From the NCBI GenBank assembly GCA_963676835.2, contig CAXXFF010000002.1, positions 192,001-256,000 on the forward strand: 64,000 nt of DNA. The letters run 5' to 3'. Position 1 is the first letter of the stretch. Each line of letters starts with the position of its first letter. Below are positions 45,743 through 55,621 of this stretch, piece after piece. A model generated the notes under the pieces. The model made no database searches and had not been told where the DNA came from. It saw nothing but the letters and a program-made list of their open reading frames with translations. A program made the translations under genes and the position numbers. This stretch comes from Marispirochaeta sp. GTDB lineage: Bacteria > Spirochaetota > Spirochaetia > JC444 > Marispirochaetaceae.

Positions 45743-46489
45743 CTACCAGTAACCGGTGGAATAATAACAGGCTGGAACGGAATACACGCTCCAGCCAAGG
45801 CTGTCGCAGCAGACGGTAAGGGTATATTCCCCGTTGAAGTAGAGAGTACGGCCCTGCCGGAATGTCCCCCACTCACCATTGGAAACTTCCTGCCCGAGGG
45901 GCTCCACCGGGAACCAGTTCCCGTCAGGCAGGGTTTCCTGCGGAAGCACATACTCCGGCAGCAGCACAATATCACGGCTTAGCAGATTCCCCAGCATTAA
46001 GGCGCTAAGAATACGCCGGCGGTCCAGTCTACCCGGATTCCCCTGCGAAACTTCCACTGTTTGTTCAAGCATGCGGGAATAGTTCACCAGATACGGGCTA
46101 CCGTCTGCATTCTGTAGGTCCAGCAGGAGTTCACCGCAGTACCCTTTAAAAAAGGTCAGTTCCGCTTCATTCTCACCATCCCAGGGAAGAACCGCCCCTG
46201 CACAGGGGATTTCACTGCCGTACCGGGCCAGAACGATAAACATTCTGCTCTGCTCAACGGCTATGTCCACAGTACTACCTTGTGGACATACAGCGCTGTA
46301 GGAGCGGCCTTCTTCATCCACCACCAGCAGAGCGACGGAATCAGAACTGATAACTTCATAGCTCTCCGGCAGCTGCGGTAGATGCAGTATGATTTCCTTG
46401 GTGGAAAGAAAAAAACTGCACCCCGTAAGAGCGAACAGAACCCACATGAAAATAATATTGCGGCATACAGCTCTGACGCTTTCTGTCAT
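45743..46489 (-). CDS. hypothetical lipoprotein (start uncertain)
   Basis: Lipobox ALTGC; several alternative in-frame ATGs created by MTES repeats. Confidence 0.6.
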   Translation of the reverse strand: MTESVRAVCRNIIFMWVLFALTGCSFFLSTKEIILHLPQLPESYEVISSDSVALLVVDEEGRSYSAVCPQGSTVDIAVEQSRMFIVLARYGSEIPCAGAVLPWDGENEAELTFFKGYCGELLLDLQNADGSPYLVNYSRMLEQTVEVSQGNPGRLDRRRILSALMLGNLLSRDIVLLPEYVLPQETLPDGNWFPVEPLGQEVSNGEWGTFRQGRTLYFNGEYTLTVCCDSLGWSVYSVPACYYSTGYW

Positions 46490-46514
46490 GCTTTCTGTCA
46501 TACTCTCTGTCATA
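46479..46514. repeat. 3 x 12-bp tandem repeat (encodes MTES x3)
   Basis: ctttctgtcatg ctttctgtcata ctctctgtcata. Confidence 0.8.
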
Positions 46515-46591
46515 AAGGGTATCAAAATAGAAGGGAACTCCATAAAGGGCGTCCCGAAAAATGAGATCATATGAAATGGAACGGTGGAAAA

Positions 46592-47122
46592 TCAGATCTG
46601 CTTCAGCTGCCGGTGATATATCCGTCGAATTTCCATAAGAATCTTCTGATACTCATCGGTACGGTAATCAGGGTAGGTCCAGTCGAAGGGCTGATAAGCT
46701 CCGCGGCGGTAATGGAGGGTAATTTCCGCATAAATACCCCTCTTCAGGGCAATCCGGTGTCCGGCATGTTTGGTTGTAGCCAGAACCAGACGATTCAGAT
46801 CAAGCAGCCCGGGATCAAGATTAACCCGCCGCTGTCCTCCGTTCACCGCATGCTCCTGTTCAATCCGGTTGCAGACTCTCTTTATTTTCCAGAGGGTTGA
46901 AGGATCCACCAGATGTGAAAAGGCAAGAAAAACCCGGCTTATCGGGCCGTCCATCTCCTTATCGTAATAATGTGAAAACTCAAAAGGAAACTCAGCTCCG
47001 TCGTAATCCAGCGGCCCGAAACGGCGAATCAGCCGATTCCGTGCCTCAAGATAGGCTTCCCGCCGGCTGAACAGTACGGGCATAATCAGTTTTTCCGGGG
47101 GGAAAACTCCCGCTTCTCCCAT
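46592..47122 (-). CDS. DUF4416 family protein
   Basis: YYDKEM, RRVNLDPG, LATTK..HRI and WTYPDY motifs. Confidence 0.82.
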   Translation of the reverse strand: MGEAGVFPPEKLIMPVLFSRREAYLEARNRLIRRFGPLDYDGAEFPFEFSHYYDKEMDGPISRVFLAFSHLVDPSTLWKIKRVCNRIEQEHAVNGGQRRVNLDPGLLDLNRLVLATTKHAGHRIALKRGIYAEITLHYRRGAYQPFDWTYPDYRTDEYQKILMEIRRIYHRQLKQI

Positions 47123-47178
47123 AAATGGTGTCCTAATAGATTGAAGGATACGGTATTTTAGCTCATAATTAGCCTCAT

Positions 47179-48597
47179 ATGGAAGAACAGACGGATCTGA
47201 ATGAGGCGCTCAATAATGCGATAGCCCAGCGCCGTGCTCACATCGACAAGAACCAGATGGCCAGGCTGAAGGATAAATTCCGCAACTTTCATACTTCCTT
47301 CCAGAGCATATACAACGTACTGCTGAAAAAAGGGGTTATCCCGGAAGATCCCTATAAGGATGACTTTAAAATCTCGGAAGTCACAACCCCGGATAAGGAC
47401 CCTTTTATGGAATCCGAGCGGGTTGAAAAGATGAGCATCCGGCTCTCCCAGTACGATACAATTCTTGAATTTCTGACCCATTATTACCAGTTCAGCACAG
47501 ATTTTCTCAATCTGAAGCGGCTGAAAAAAATCGGTGAACTGCTTCTCTATTTTCAGTGGACCAAGCTGACCCCGAATTCTACCAGCCCCCAGACCCGCAC
47601 TCTGGTTGATTTTATCCAGTCGATAAAAGGCGGAGGCGACGCTCTTTCCACCAGCATACTGGCAGACGGCTGTAATCAGCTTTCCAAGCTTACAACAGAA
47701 ATTGTCGGACTCCTTAAAGAGATAACCGCATTCTCCAAACAGTTGTATAAACAGGATATACGGGAAAGAATTCTGTTCAAGGTCAAAGTGGAAGGACCCC
47801 CATCCTCACAGAAGATGGAGAATGCCTTTGTTCAGATAAAACGGGCATTCCCCCAGGAAATGCCCGAAACCCCCTTCTTTCCGGAGCTGGTAAATGAACT
47901 CATCGCAGAGGAGTACAGCCCCCAAAGCAGTCAGTTCAAACAGGCGCTGATCGATTCCCTTAAGGTGCAGGAAAAGAAAGTTAAAACCCAGGAGGATGTC
48001 TCCTACAAAAGCCTGCTCCTTGAAACTGTACGCATATTCTCCGGTGCCAGCATACACCTCGAAAAAGCCATATCCAAACTGAACGAAAACCAGACCTTTC
48101 TCGATCAACGCAAACTCACCTTCAGTGACCGCTTTCGGAAATGGCTTATGAGTATGGTGAAAAAGCAGGGAGAAAAGCATATCTACATGGTGGAATTCTT
48201 TGATGAAAAAACCTCCACCACCCGTACCGTCCGCATAGATTTTGACAGCTTTGCTGCCAACGCCGTAAAAAGGGCGAGAACCCTGGGCGTACTCTCAAGC
48301 AAGGCTTCCAGCACCTATATGCGCCTTGAGGGCAGCAGTGAAGAAAAAATCTATGAATTTGTTACAACCCTGGTGGAGGATCTGCAGAAAATAATTACAA
48401 CTCTACCGGCACTGGATACCTACTTTAAAAGTGAAGTACCCAGAGAAATGCGGGGCAGGATTCATGGAATAAAACTTGAGGTTTCTGCTATTAAAAATGT
48501 GCTTATAAGAGCGAACCAGAAACGTCACGAGTATGTAGCCAAGAAAGAAGAGATCACCCAGCTTAAAAAGCTGGGTGTGGACACAAGTGTCAGTTAG
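47179..48597 (+). CDS. hypothetical helical protein
   Basis: 472-aa ORF with normal codon pattern; no family recognised. Confidence 0.75.
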   Translation: MEEQTDLNEALNNAIAQRRAHIDKNQMARLKDKFRNFHTSFQSIYNVLLKKGVIPEDPYKDDFKISEVTTPDKDPFMESERVEKMSIRLSQYDTILEFLTHYYQFSTDFLNLKRLKKIGELLLYFQWTKLTPNSTSPQTRTLVDFIQSIKGGGDALSTSILADGCNQLSKLTTEIVGLLKEITAFSKQLYKQDIRERILFKVKVEGPPSSQKMENAFVQIKRAFPQEMPETPFFPELVNELIAEEYSPQSSQFKQALIDSLKVQEKKVKTQEDVSYKSLLLETVRIFSGASIHLEKAISKLNENQTFLDQRKLTFSDRFRKWLMSMVKKQGEKHIYMVEFFDEKTSTTRTVRIDFDSFAANAVKRARTLGVLSSKASSTYMRLEGSSEEKIYEFVTTLVEDLQKIITTLPALDTYFKSEVPREMRGRIHGIKLEVSAIKNVLIRANQKRHEYVAKKEEITQLKKLGVDTSVS

Positions 48598-50492
48598 GCG
48601 CGGTATACACCTAAAACCCTGAGATTTTCCGATAAACCTTTCAGTTCCCCGATTGCCTCATCAAAGAGACGGGCATCCCCGGGCATCTCCACATCCATAT
48701 AAAACATGTATTCCCAGGGTTTACCCATAATCGGCCGGGACTCCAGCTTGGTCATATTGATGCCCCTGTCTGCAAGTACCTTCATGCAGGTGAAAAGGGC
48801 TCCGGACTTGTCCGAAACGGAGAACACCAGAGAGGCCTTGTTGGCATCTTCCCTGGTTGGTTCCTCGGAACGTCCCAGCAGAAAGAACCTGGTATAATTG
48901 CTGGGATTTGTCTCAATTCCTTCTTTCAGGACAGACATGCCGAATACAGCCGCAGCCTCTTCACTGGCAATAGCTGCACTGGAAGGATCCTTCTGCTCCG
49001 CAATGAATTTAACCGATCCTGCGGTATCATAGTAGGGAACCCGTTCCGCCCCGGGCAGACTGTCCAGAAATCTTGCACACTGGGCCAGTCCCTGGGGGTG
49101 GGAATAGACTTTTCGTATAGCAGCCAGGTCGGTTCCTGCTGTACCGATCAGCATATGCCGAATCCGCACACGGCGCTCGCCAAGTATCTTTATGTCCGGA
49201 AACTGGAGAAAGAGATCGTAATTTTCGTGGATAGATCCGGCCAGGGAGTTCTCCATGGGAACCACTCCATAGCGGGCTTCGCCGCTCAGTACTGCATCAA
49301 AAACAGTGCGAAAGCTCGATTTCGGCAGAGATTGTGCTGATGAACCAAAGTAGAGGGTAAGGGCCTTTTCACTGTAGGCTCCGTGTTCCCCCTGGAAGGC
49401 AACCTTCAGCGAATCGTCAGAGCCTTTCGCATCAGCTTGTACGGAAGATTTCAGCTCCACCGGGTCATGCCGTACCGGACGTTCCAGCTCACGGCCCACA
49501 ACAGGAGTCATGGCTTCAATATCGCGCATCAGCTTTTCGAACTGGTCCGGCAGGAGAGACTGGGGCCCGTCGGAGAGAGCCTTATCCGGATCGGGATGGA
49601 TCTCAACAGTCAGACCGTCAGCACCGGCGGCAACAGCAGCAAGTGCCATGGGGAGAACCTTTTCCCGGATGCCCGTTGCATGGCTGGGATCGACAATCAC
49701 CGGCAAATGGGACAGTTTTTTAACCACCGGAATGGCGGAAAGATCCAGGGTATTTCTGGTGTATGTTTCGAAGGTGCGGATACCGCGTTCACAGAGAACA
49801 ACATCTTCCGCGCCATGGGCCATCAGATATTCAGCGGCCATAAGCCACTCTTCGATGGTAGCCGCAAGACCGCGCTTCAGCATCACAGGCTTTTTAAGGC
49901 TGCCAACCTTCTTAAGCAGTTCAAAGTTCTGCATGTTTCTGGCACCGATCTGGAGCATATCTATATGTTCCGCCAGGAACTCAGCATAATCAGGCGATAC
50001 AATCTCGGTTACCACGGGAAGGCCGTACTTTTCTCCCGCCTCTTTGAGGTAACGGACTCCTTCTTCGCCAAGCCCCTGGAAAGAATAGGGCGATGTACGG
50101 GGCTTGAAGGCACCTCCCCGAAGCATTACACCCCCGGCATCGCGGACAACCCGGGCGGATTCAAAAATCTGCTCTCTGTTTTCAACGGCGCAGGGGCCGG
50201 CAATAACTGCCAGACGGAGAGGTCCGATCTTTACCGGGCCCACCTTGACGAGGGTATCTTCTTTTTTGAATTCCCTGGAGGCAAGTTTATAGGGTTTGGA
50301 AATGGGAATAACCTGAGCGACTCCGGGAAGAAGCTCCACCTCGCGTATATCGATGCGGGGAATGCCGACAGCGCCGAAAATAGTCTCTTCTTCACCGACA
50401 ATTTCACGGATGGTGAAACCTTTTTCTGTCAGGAAATTACGAATATTGTCTTTGTCAGCATTACTGACCGAGTTGTTTAGAACGATTACCAT
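48594..50492 (-). CDS. aroF: fused DAHP synthase (class I-beta, N-terminal ferredoxin-like/ACT domain) and prephenate dehydratase with C-terminal ACT
   Basis: AGPCAVE, KPRTSPYSFQG, IGARNMQNF and DPSH motifs; then VAFQGEHGAYSE, ENSLAG, SHPQ, NYTRF and INMTKLESRP. Confidence 0.92.
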   Translation of the reverse strand: MVIVLNNSVSNADKDNIRNFLTEKGFTIREIVGEEETIFGAVGIPRIDIREVELLPGVAQVIPISKPYKLASREFKKEDTLVKVGPVKIGPLRLAVIAGPCAVENREQIFESARVVRDAGGVMLRGGAFKPRTSPYSFQGLGEEGVRYLKEAGEKYGLPVVTEIVSPDYAEFLAEHIDMLQIGARNMQNFELLKKVGSLKKPVMLKRGLAATIEEWLMAAEYLMAHGAEDVVLCERGIRTFETYTRNTLDLSAIPVVKKLSHLPVIVDPSHATGIREKVLPMALAAVAAGADGLTVEIHPDPDKALSDGPQSLLPDQFEKLMRDIEAMTPVVGRELERPVRHDPVELKSSVQADAKGSDDSLKVAFQGEHGAYSEKALTLYFGSSAQSLPKSSFRTVFDAVLSGEARYGVVPMENSLAGSIHENYDLFLQFPDIKILGERRVRIRHMLIGTAGTDLAAIRKVYSHPQGLAQCARFLDSLPGAERVPYYDTAGSVKFIAEQKDPSSAAIASEEAAAVFGMSVLKEGIETNPSNYTRFFLLGRSEEPTREDANKASLVFSVSDKSGALFTCMKVLADRGINMTKLESRPIMGKPWEYMFYMDVEMPGDARLFDEAIGELKGLSENLRVLGVYRA

Positions 50493-50505
50493 AGTGGTAA
50501 CCAAG

Positions 50506-51246
50506 CTATTTTACGGTCTTACTCTTGTCAAGTACGTAGGAAAGCTGCTTGCCGCTCTTTGGTCCGCTTTTTGCCAGATAGGTCTCTTTTCTCACCAGAG
50601 AAGTCTCAATCCGGTCTTCCAGATCTTCCTGAAAGTCAAGAATCCTTGCAATATAATCGAGGGTCATTTTCGGAGCCCCCCGTTCGGTGACCCTGGTTCT
50701 GCCTGCATTGTACATGGCAAGGGCTGTTACAGGGTTCTTTCCCACCTCAAGGCAGTAGCGCAGATATGCGATTCCCTTTTCTGTGTTTATCTCCGGGTCA
50801 AAGAACTGCGCTTCGGTCAGTTCCGGAAACGAGCGCGAATTAAGCTGAAAGAGTCCCCGGTCAATGGAACTGGCATTTCTGTTGACCGCAGTTGTTACAA
50901 AGCGGCTTTCCGCATAAGCCAGGGAAAAAGCGAGAGATGCCGAAACGCCGTGAATATCCGCATAGCGCAGAATAAGACGGCTGATATCTGCCGATCCTGT
51001 AACCAGGGTGTAAAATTCAAGGATGGACTGGCGGGTTTCCGGCCTCCGGTAAAGGGTAAGACTGATATCTTCGTCAGCATCAATATGAATGGTGGTGAAG
51101 GATTCCTGTTCAGTTAATTCCACAGCAGGCGTATCGGCCTGCATGGGTTCCCCATTGGCTATGGTATAACTCAGCTTCCCGGCACTGATACCTAACAGAA
51201 GTATGAATAAAAGCCCAATAGGACCAATAACTCTAATAGATTTCAT
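50506..51246 (-). CDS. lytic transglycosylase (SLT domain)
   Basis: AES catalytic motif, GLFQL and AMYNAG; N-terminal membrane segment. Confidence 0.88.
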   Translation of the reverse strand: MKSIRVIGPIGLLFILLLGISAGKLSYTIANGEPMQADTPAVELTEQESFTTIHIDADEDISLTLYRRPETRQSILEFYTLVTGSADISRLILRYADIHGVSASLAFSLAYAESRFVTTAVNRNASSIDRGLFQLNSRSFPELTEAQFFDPEINTEKGIAYLRYCLEVGKNPVTALAMYNAGRTRVTERGAPKMTLDYIARILDFQEDLEDRIETSLVRKETYLAKSGPKSGKQLSYVLDKSKTVK

Positions 51247-51313
51247 AGGGGCAAAAGGTATAGAAAAGCTCTGTTAGGGTCAAGTCCTTCACCTCACCCT
51301 ATAAAAGGTGTAA

Positions 51314-51919
51314 TCAGTGCCGGCAGATAAGGGTAAAATCGTTGTTCAAGTAGCCTTCTTTAATCTCAACAGAAGAGTACATCTGCAGACACTGCTCCCG
51401 GACTTTAAGGGGATCAAAGTAATGATACCCCTCGGTAATATCCGGAGATTTCACCGATAAAAGATTGATCACCACCGCTTCCCGGGTAAGCCCCTTCAGA
51501 CGGGGAAGGAACTGGTCCAGAAGCTCCTGATTGTTGCCGGTCTCCAGGTTGAATATACCTGAGCAGAAGGCAACATCAAAACTTCCGGGGCCGAAAGGAT
51601 CTTCCTCGAGCAGGTCAGCAGCAAGAAAGCAGTCACCCTTATCGCAGCGCCGCATGGCTTCTTTAATCATGTCCTCAAGAATATCTACCCCGCGGTAGTC
51701 AACCTCAAGTCCTTTTCCGTTAAGATAGACGCAAAGGTCGCCGATTCCGCAGCCCACATCCAGCAGGGACTTGCCCTGAAGATCGACGGAGCTGATAAGG
51801 ACATCAAAGCGGGAATACTGACTCTCCCTGTCCTCCCAGTCGAGAATTTCATAGCCTTCCCGGTCGGGACGTATACGGGGAACATAGTGGTCTTTCAATC
51901 GTTTAAGAGCATTGTCCAT
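51314..51919 (-). CDS. class I SAM-dependent methyltransferase
   Basis: LLDVGCGIGD, GVDI and FDVAFCSGIFN motifs. Confidence 0.88.
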   Translation of the reverse strand: MDNALKRLKDHYVPRIRPDREGYEILDWEDRESQYSRFDVLISSVDLQGKSLLDVGCGIGDLCVYLNGKGLEVDYRGVDILEDMIKEAMRRCDKGDCFLAADLLEEDPFGPGSFDVAFCSGIFNLETGNNQELLDQFLPRLKGLTREAVVINLLSVKSPDITEGYHYFDPLKVREQCLQMYSSVEIKEGYLNNDFTLICRH

Positions 51920-52144
51920 ATGGAGAGAAGGTAAAAAAGCTGTCCGTTCCTGTCAAGTAAGCAGCAGTAGAGACACAAAAAATATCTGCTTCTGTGTAAT
52001 GTTTTTACAGGATAACCGGTGTATAGTATTTCTATCAGAATACTGCATATTCAGTTGACGGGAGAAGTCTGTTTCTTTACTCTTAACAGAACAGCGTCAG
52101 CCTGAGCAGACACACAAGCTACAGCACAACGTAAGGAGTAACTG

Positions 52145-52501
52145 GTGAACGAAAAGCGTGTTTTATATGCCGAAGACGAGTTCACTAACCGGAAACTGCT
52201 GGAAATCAAACTGAAAAACCATGGAATCGCCTGCGATCTGGCCCAGGACGGACTGAAGGCAATGGAACTTTTCAATTCCAGGCAGTACGACCTGGTTATT
52301 CTAGACCAGTACATGCCGGGAATGAACGGAGATCAGGTGGCAAGGAAAATACGGGAAACCCATCCCGAACTGCCCCTTATTGCCATAACCTCAGATGATG
52401 GAGAAATCCAGCGTCTTAATGAAGCAGGCTTCAATGAAGTATTTATCAAGCCCCTCAGGGGACAGCAGTATATAGACTCAATAAAGAACTACCTTACGTA
52501 A
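52145..52501 (+). CDS. single-domain (CheY-like) response regulator
   Basis: AEDE, LDQYMPGMNG, ITS and IKP motifs; GTG start with AAGGAG SD. Confidence 0.9.
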   Translation: MNEKRVLYAEDEFTNRKLLEIKLKNHGIACDLAQDGLKAMELFNSRQYDLVILDQYMPGMNGDQVARKIRETHPELPLIAITSDDGEIQRLNEAGFNEVFIKPLRGQQYIDSIKNYLT

Positions 52502-52508
52502 GGACCGA

Positions 52509-54068
52509 ATGCGCAGATTACTACTCTTACTGGTTATACTCTGCGGATCTTTGACCGGATTCGCAGATCCTATTAGTGTCAGCTTCTCCAGCCAGTCAAT
52601 TGCACTGGATCCCCACCATTCCTACACCTCCACCGAGGCACAGCTCTACACGGCAATTTACGAGGGATTGTACACCTATCATCCCATAACTCTGGAACCC
52701 GTTCCCGGGGCGGCGGATTACTACGACCTTTCCGTAGACGGGCTGGTATATACCTTCCATATTCGGCCCAATGCCTACTACTGGAATGGCGACAGGGTTA
52801 GTGCAGAAGACTTCAGGGAGTCCTGGCTTCTGCACCTGAATCCCGAAGACAATGCGGAATACACCTTTCTGCTGGATATCATCCAGGGCGCCCGGGAGTA
52901 CCGGACCGGCAAGGGAACGGCTGATGAAGTAGGCATTAAGGTTCCCGAAGAGGGGATTCTGGAAGTGACACTCAACCATCCGGCATCCCATTTTCTAAAA
53001 ATAATCTGCCATCACAGCTTCAGCCCCATCCATGCGAAATTCCGGAATAACCCGGACTGGGAAGACACACCGTCGGTGATCAGTAACGGGCCCTTCATGA
53101 TCTACTCCCGGGAACCGGATAAATATATCCTCAAAAAAAATGAACTCTACTGGGACCGGGACAAGGTTCTCTCCGAAGAGATAACCCTCTATTTTTCTGA
53201 TGATTACCGCAGCATGACAGAAAAGTTCAATTCCGGAGAAATCCTCTGGTCTTCCGGGAACGTACTCTACGATCAGCTTAACGATCCCGATACCCTGGCA
53301 GTCTTTCACCAGTTTGCCACCAGCTATCTCTATTTCAACTGTGCCGATTCCCCCTGGGATGATCAGCGGCTCCGCAGGGCGCTGCTGCTGCTGGTTCCCT
53401 GGGAGAGTATCCGCACAGAACAGCGCTACGCAGTACCGACCTATCGGGCGGTGCCGCAGATTTCGGGCTACCCTGAAATAGACGGAATAAACGCGCAGAA
53501 CAGGGAAGAAGCCATGGCGCTTTTAAAAGATGCGGGCTTTCCTGATGGCAAGGGGCTCCCCGGGCCGGTATTCAAGATCCCCGAAAGCCAGGAGGTGCAG
53601 GCCCTTGCCCTGGAAATGGCGGCAGCCTGGAAAAAGGCACTCGGAATAGAAGCATCGTTTAAAGTGGTCCCCTATGGAAACTACTATAACGCCATTGAAA
53701 CAAAGGATTACACCCTGGGGTTGATGAGCTGGATCGGCGACTATGCGGATCCCCTGGCATTTCTGCAGATGTGGGTCAGTGATTCAAACCTGAACAAAGG
53801 ATCCTATAACAGTGCTGCCTACGACAGTCTGATTGAGGAATCCATGGCCCGCAGCGGCGTTGAACGTTATACAAGCATGGCAAAAGCGGAAGAGCTGATA
53901 CTGAGTGAAGGAGCGATTATTCCCTACAAGCATGCCCCTTCGTATAACTTTGTCCATGCGGAATCCCTGGGCGGCTGGGTGCCCAACCCTCTGGACATTC
54001 ATCCCTTCAAGTATCTGCACTACACCAGGCCACCGCTTCCTTCCCGAATCGTCCGGGCACGGCCGTAA
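52509..54068 (+). CDS. oppA: oligopeptide ABC transporter substrate-binding protein (SBP family 5)
   Basis: LDP...IYEGL, YTFHIR, SNGPF, KNELYW and WIGDYADP motifs. Confidence 0.88.
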   Translation: MRRLLLLLVILCGSLTGFADPISVSFSSQSIALDPHHSYTSTEAQLYTAIYEGLYTYHPITLEPVPGAADYYDLSVDGLVYTFHIRPNAYYWNGDRVSAEDFRESWLLHLNPEDNAEYTFLLDIIQGAREYRTGKGTADEVGIKVPEEGILEVTLNHPASHFLKIICHHSFSPIHAKFRNNPDWEDTPSVISNGPFMIYSREPDKYILKKNELYWDRDKVLSEEITLYFSDDYRSMTEKFNSGEILWSSGNVLYDQLNDPDTLAVFHQFATSYLYFNCADSPWDDQRLRRALLLLVPWESIRTEQRYAVPTYRAVPQISGYPEIDGINAQNREEAMALLKDAGFPDGKGLPGPVFKIPESQEVQALALEMAAAWKKALGIEASFKVVPYGNYYNAIETKDYTLGLMSWIGDYADPLAFLQMWVSDSNLNKGSYNSAAYDSLIEESMARSGVERYTSMAKAEELILSEGAIIPYKHAPSYNFVHAESLGGWVPNPLDIHPFKYLHYTRPPLPSRIVRARP

Positions 54069-55567
54069 AGCTCCAGCATATCTTTCAGTCTTTCCGCGGC
54101 AATGGATGTCAGCTGTTCTTTGCGGAAACGGAAGGACCAGTTGGCAGGACCAACCGTAGAAGGAGTGTTCATCCGGTGTTCAGTGCCGAGAACCAGAATA
54201 TCCTGAAGCGGAATAAGGGCAAATCCTGCATTTGAACTCAAGGCAAGACGGATAAAATCCCAGACAATGTCATGATCATCCCGGGCCAGATAGCGGCGGA
54301 TCACATCTTTTACGGTGTCATCACAGCTGCTGTACCAGCCTGCGGTGGTATCATTATCGTGGGTTCCGGTGTAGACAACGGTGTTGGCCTCGTAATTGTG
54401 AGGCAGGAACTGATGATCCCCGTTAAAACGGCCGTCCTTATCAAACTCGAAGGCAAACTGAAGCACCCTCATCCCGGGAAAGGAAAACTCCCGGCGAAGA
54501 TTATCAACCTCCTCGGTAATAACCCCTAAATCTTCTGCAATAACCGGCAGATCTCCCCGGGATGCAAGCAGGTTGGCAAAAAACTCCTTCCCGGGAGCCT
54601 CAATCCATTCCCCTTCCATAGCGGTTTCCGCATCTCCGGGAATACGCCAGTAAGCCTGAAAGCCGCGAAAATGGTCAATTCGAATCCAGTCAACCCTGCG
54701 GAGTACCGCATCTATACGACGCTTCCACCAGCTGTAGTCATCGCTTTTCATATATTCCCAGCTGTAGAGCGGGTTCCCCCACATCTGTCCGGTTTCTGAG
54801 AAATAGTCCGGGGGAACTCCAGCTACAGCCTCTGGTTTACCGTCTTGCTTCAGCAGGAAATTATCCGGCCAGGTCCATACATCCGCACTGTCGGGGGCGA
54901 CAAAAATAGGTACATCCCCGATTATTTCAACGCCGCACTCAGCAGCATAGCTCTTAAGCCGCCTCCATTGACGGAAAAACAAGTACTGGATAATCCGCCC
55001 TGTTTCAAGCTGATCCTTGAGTATACTACGCCATTTTTTTACTGCAGCTGCTTTACGCAGACGGATATCTGCCTCCCAGGGTTCAGGGCCAGCCTCACCT
55101 CTGAGAAAATGCCGTCGGAGCCCATCGTAAAGTACATAGTCTTCAAGCCACCAGGACTCTGTATCAAGAAACCTTTTGAAATCATCACGCACCGCTTCCG
55201 GGGCCTTTGAAAATCGCCCGGCGGCGCGACGAAGCAGATCTTCCTTCCAGGGAATAAGCAGATCAAAATCGACACGTTCCAGAGGAAAACCGGGAATGTC
55301 AGCCAGATCGGAATCGAGCAACAGCCCCTCTTCCCGCAGCAGGTCCGGGCTTATGAGCAGTGGATTGCCGGCAAAACTGGAGAGCTCTGCATAGGGAGAA
55401 TTACCATAGCCCGTCGGCCCCAGGGGCAGAATCTGCCATAACCCCGCACCGGTAATTTTTAGGAAATCGAGAAACTCATAGGCTGCAGGACCGATATCTC
55501 CAATCCCGTAAGGCCCGGGAAGGGATGTGGGATGCACCAGAATTCCCGCACTTCGCCTGTCTATCAT
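54020..55567 (-). CDS. malQ: 4-alpha-glucanotransferase (amylomaltase, GH77)
   Basis: GILVHPTSLP, GVPPDYFS, RIDHFRGF, IAEDLG and YTGTHDNDT motifs. Confidence 0.95.
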   Translation of the reverse strand: MIDRRSAGILVHPTSLPGPYGIGDIGPAAYEFLDFLKITGAGLWQILPLGPTGYGNSPYAELSSFAGNPLLISPDLLREEGLLLDSDLADIPGFPLERVDFDLLIPWKEDLLRRAAGRFSKAPEAVRDDFKRFLDTESWWLEDYVLYDGLRRHFLRGEAGPEPWEADIRLRKAAAVKKWRSILKDQLETGRIIQYLFFRQWRRLKSYAAECGVEIIGDVPIFVAPDSADVWTWPDNFLLKQDGKPEAVAGVPPDYFSETGQMWGNPLYSWEYMKSDDYSWWKRRIDAVLRRVDWIRIDHFRGFQAYWRIPGDAETAMEGEWIEAPGKEFFANLLASRGDLPVIAEDLGVITEEVDNLRREFSFPGMRVLQFAFEFDKDGRFNGDHQFLPHNYEANTVVYTGTHDNDTTAGWYSSCDDTVKDVIRRYLARDDHDIVWDFIRLALSSNAGFALIPLQDILVLGTEHRMNTPSTVGPANWSFRFRKEQLTSIAAERLKDMLELYGRARTIREGSGGLV

Positions 55568-55621
55568 TCCGCCTCCAGATGCCGTGTATGGCTTTATGAG
55601 TACAGCAAAACCGTAGTTTTT

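Noticed and set aside
49383..50480. 365-aa plus-strand ORF opposite aroF; similar long antisense ORFs opposite htpG, leuS and fusA
   Set aside because: Fully antisense to highly conserved genes; typical shadow frames.
52054..52111. Superficial resemblance to a ZMP/ZTP riboswitch (GAC.GG.GAA ... GCCTG.GCA)
   Set aside because: The required GGCG/CGCC pseudoknot pairing is absent and the downstream genes are unrelated to purine or folate metabolism.
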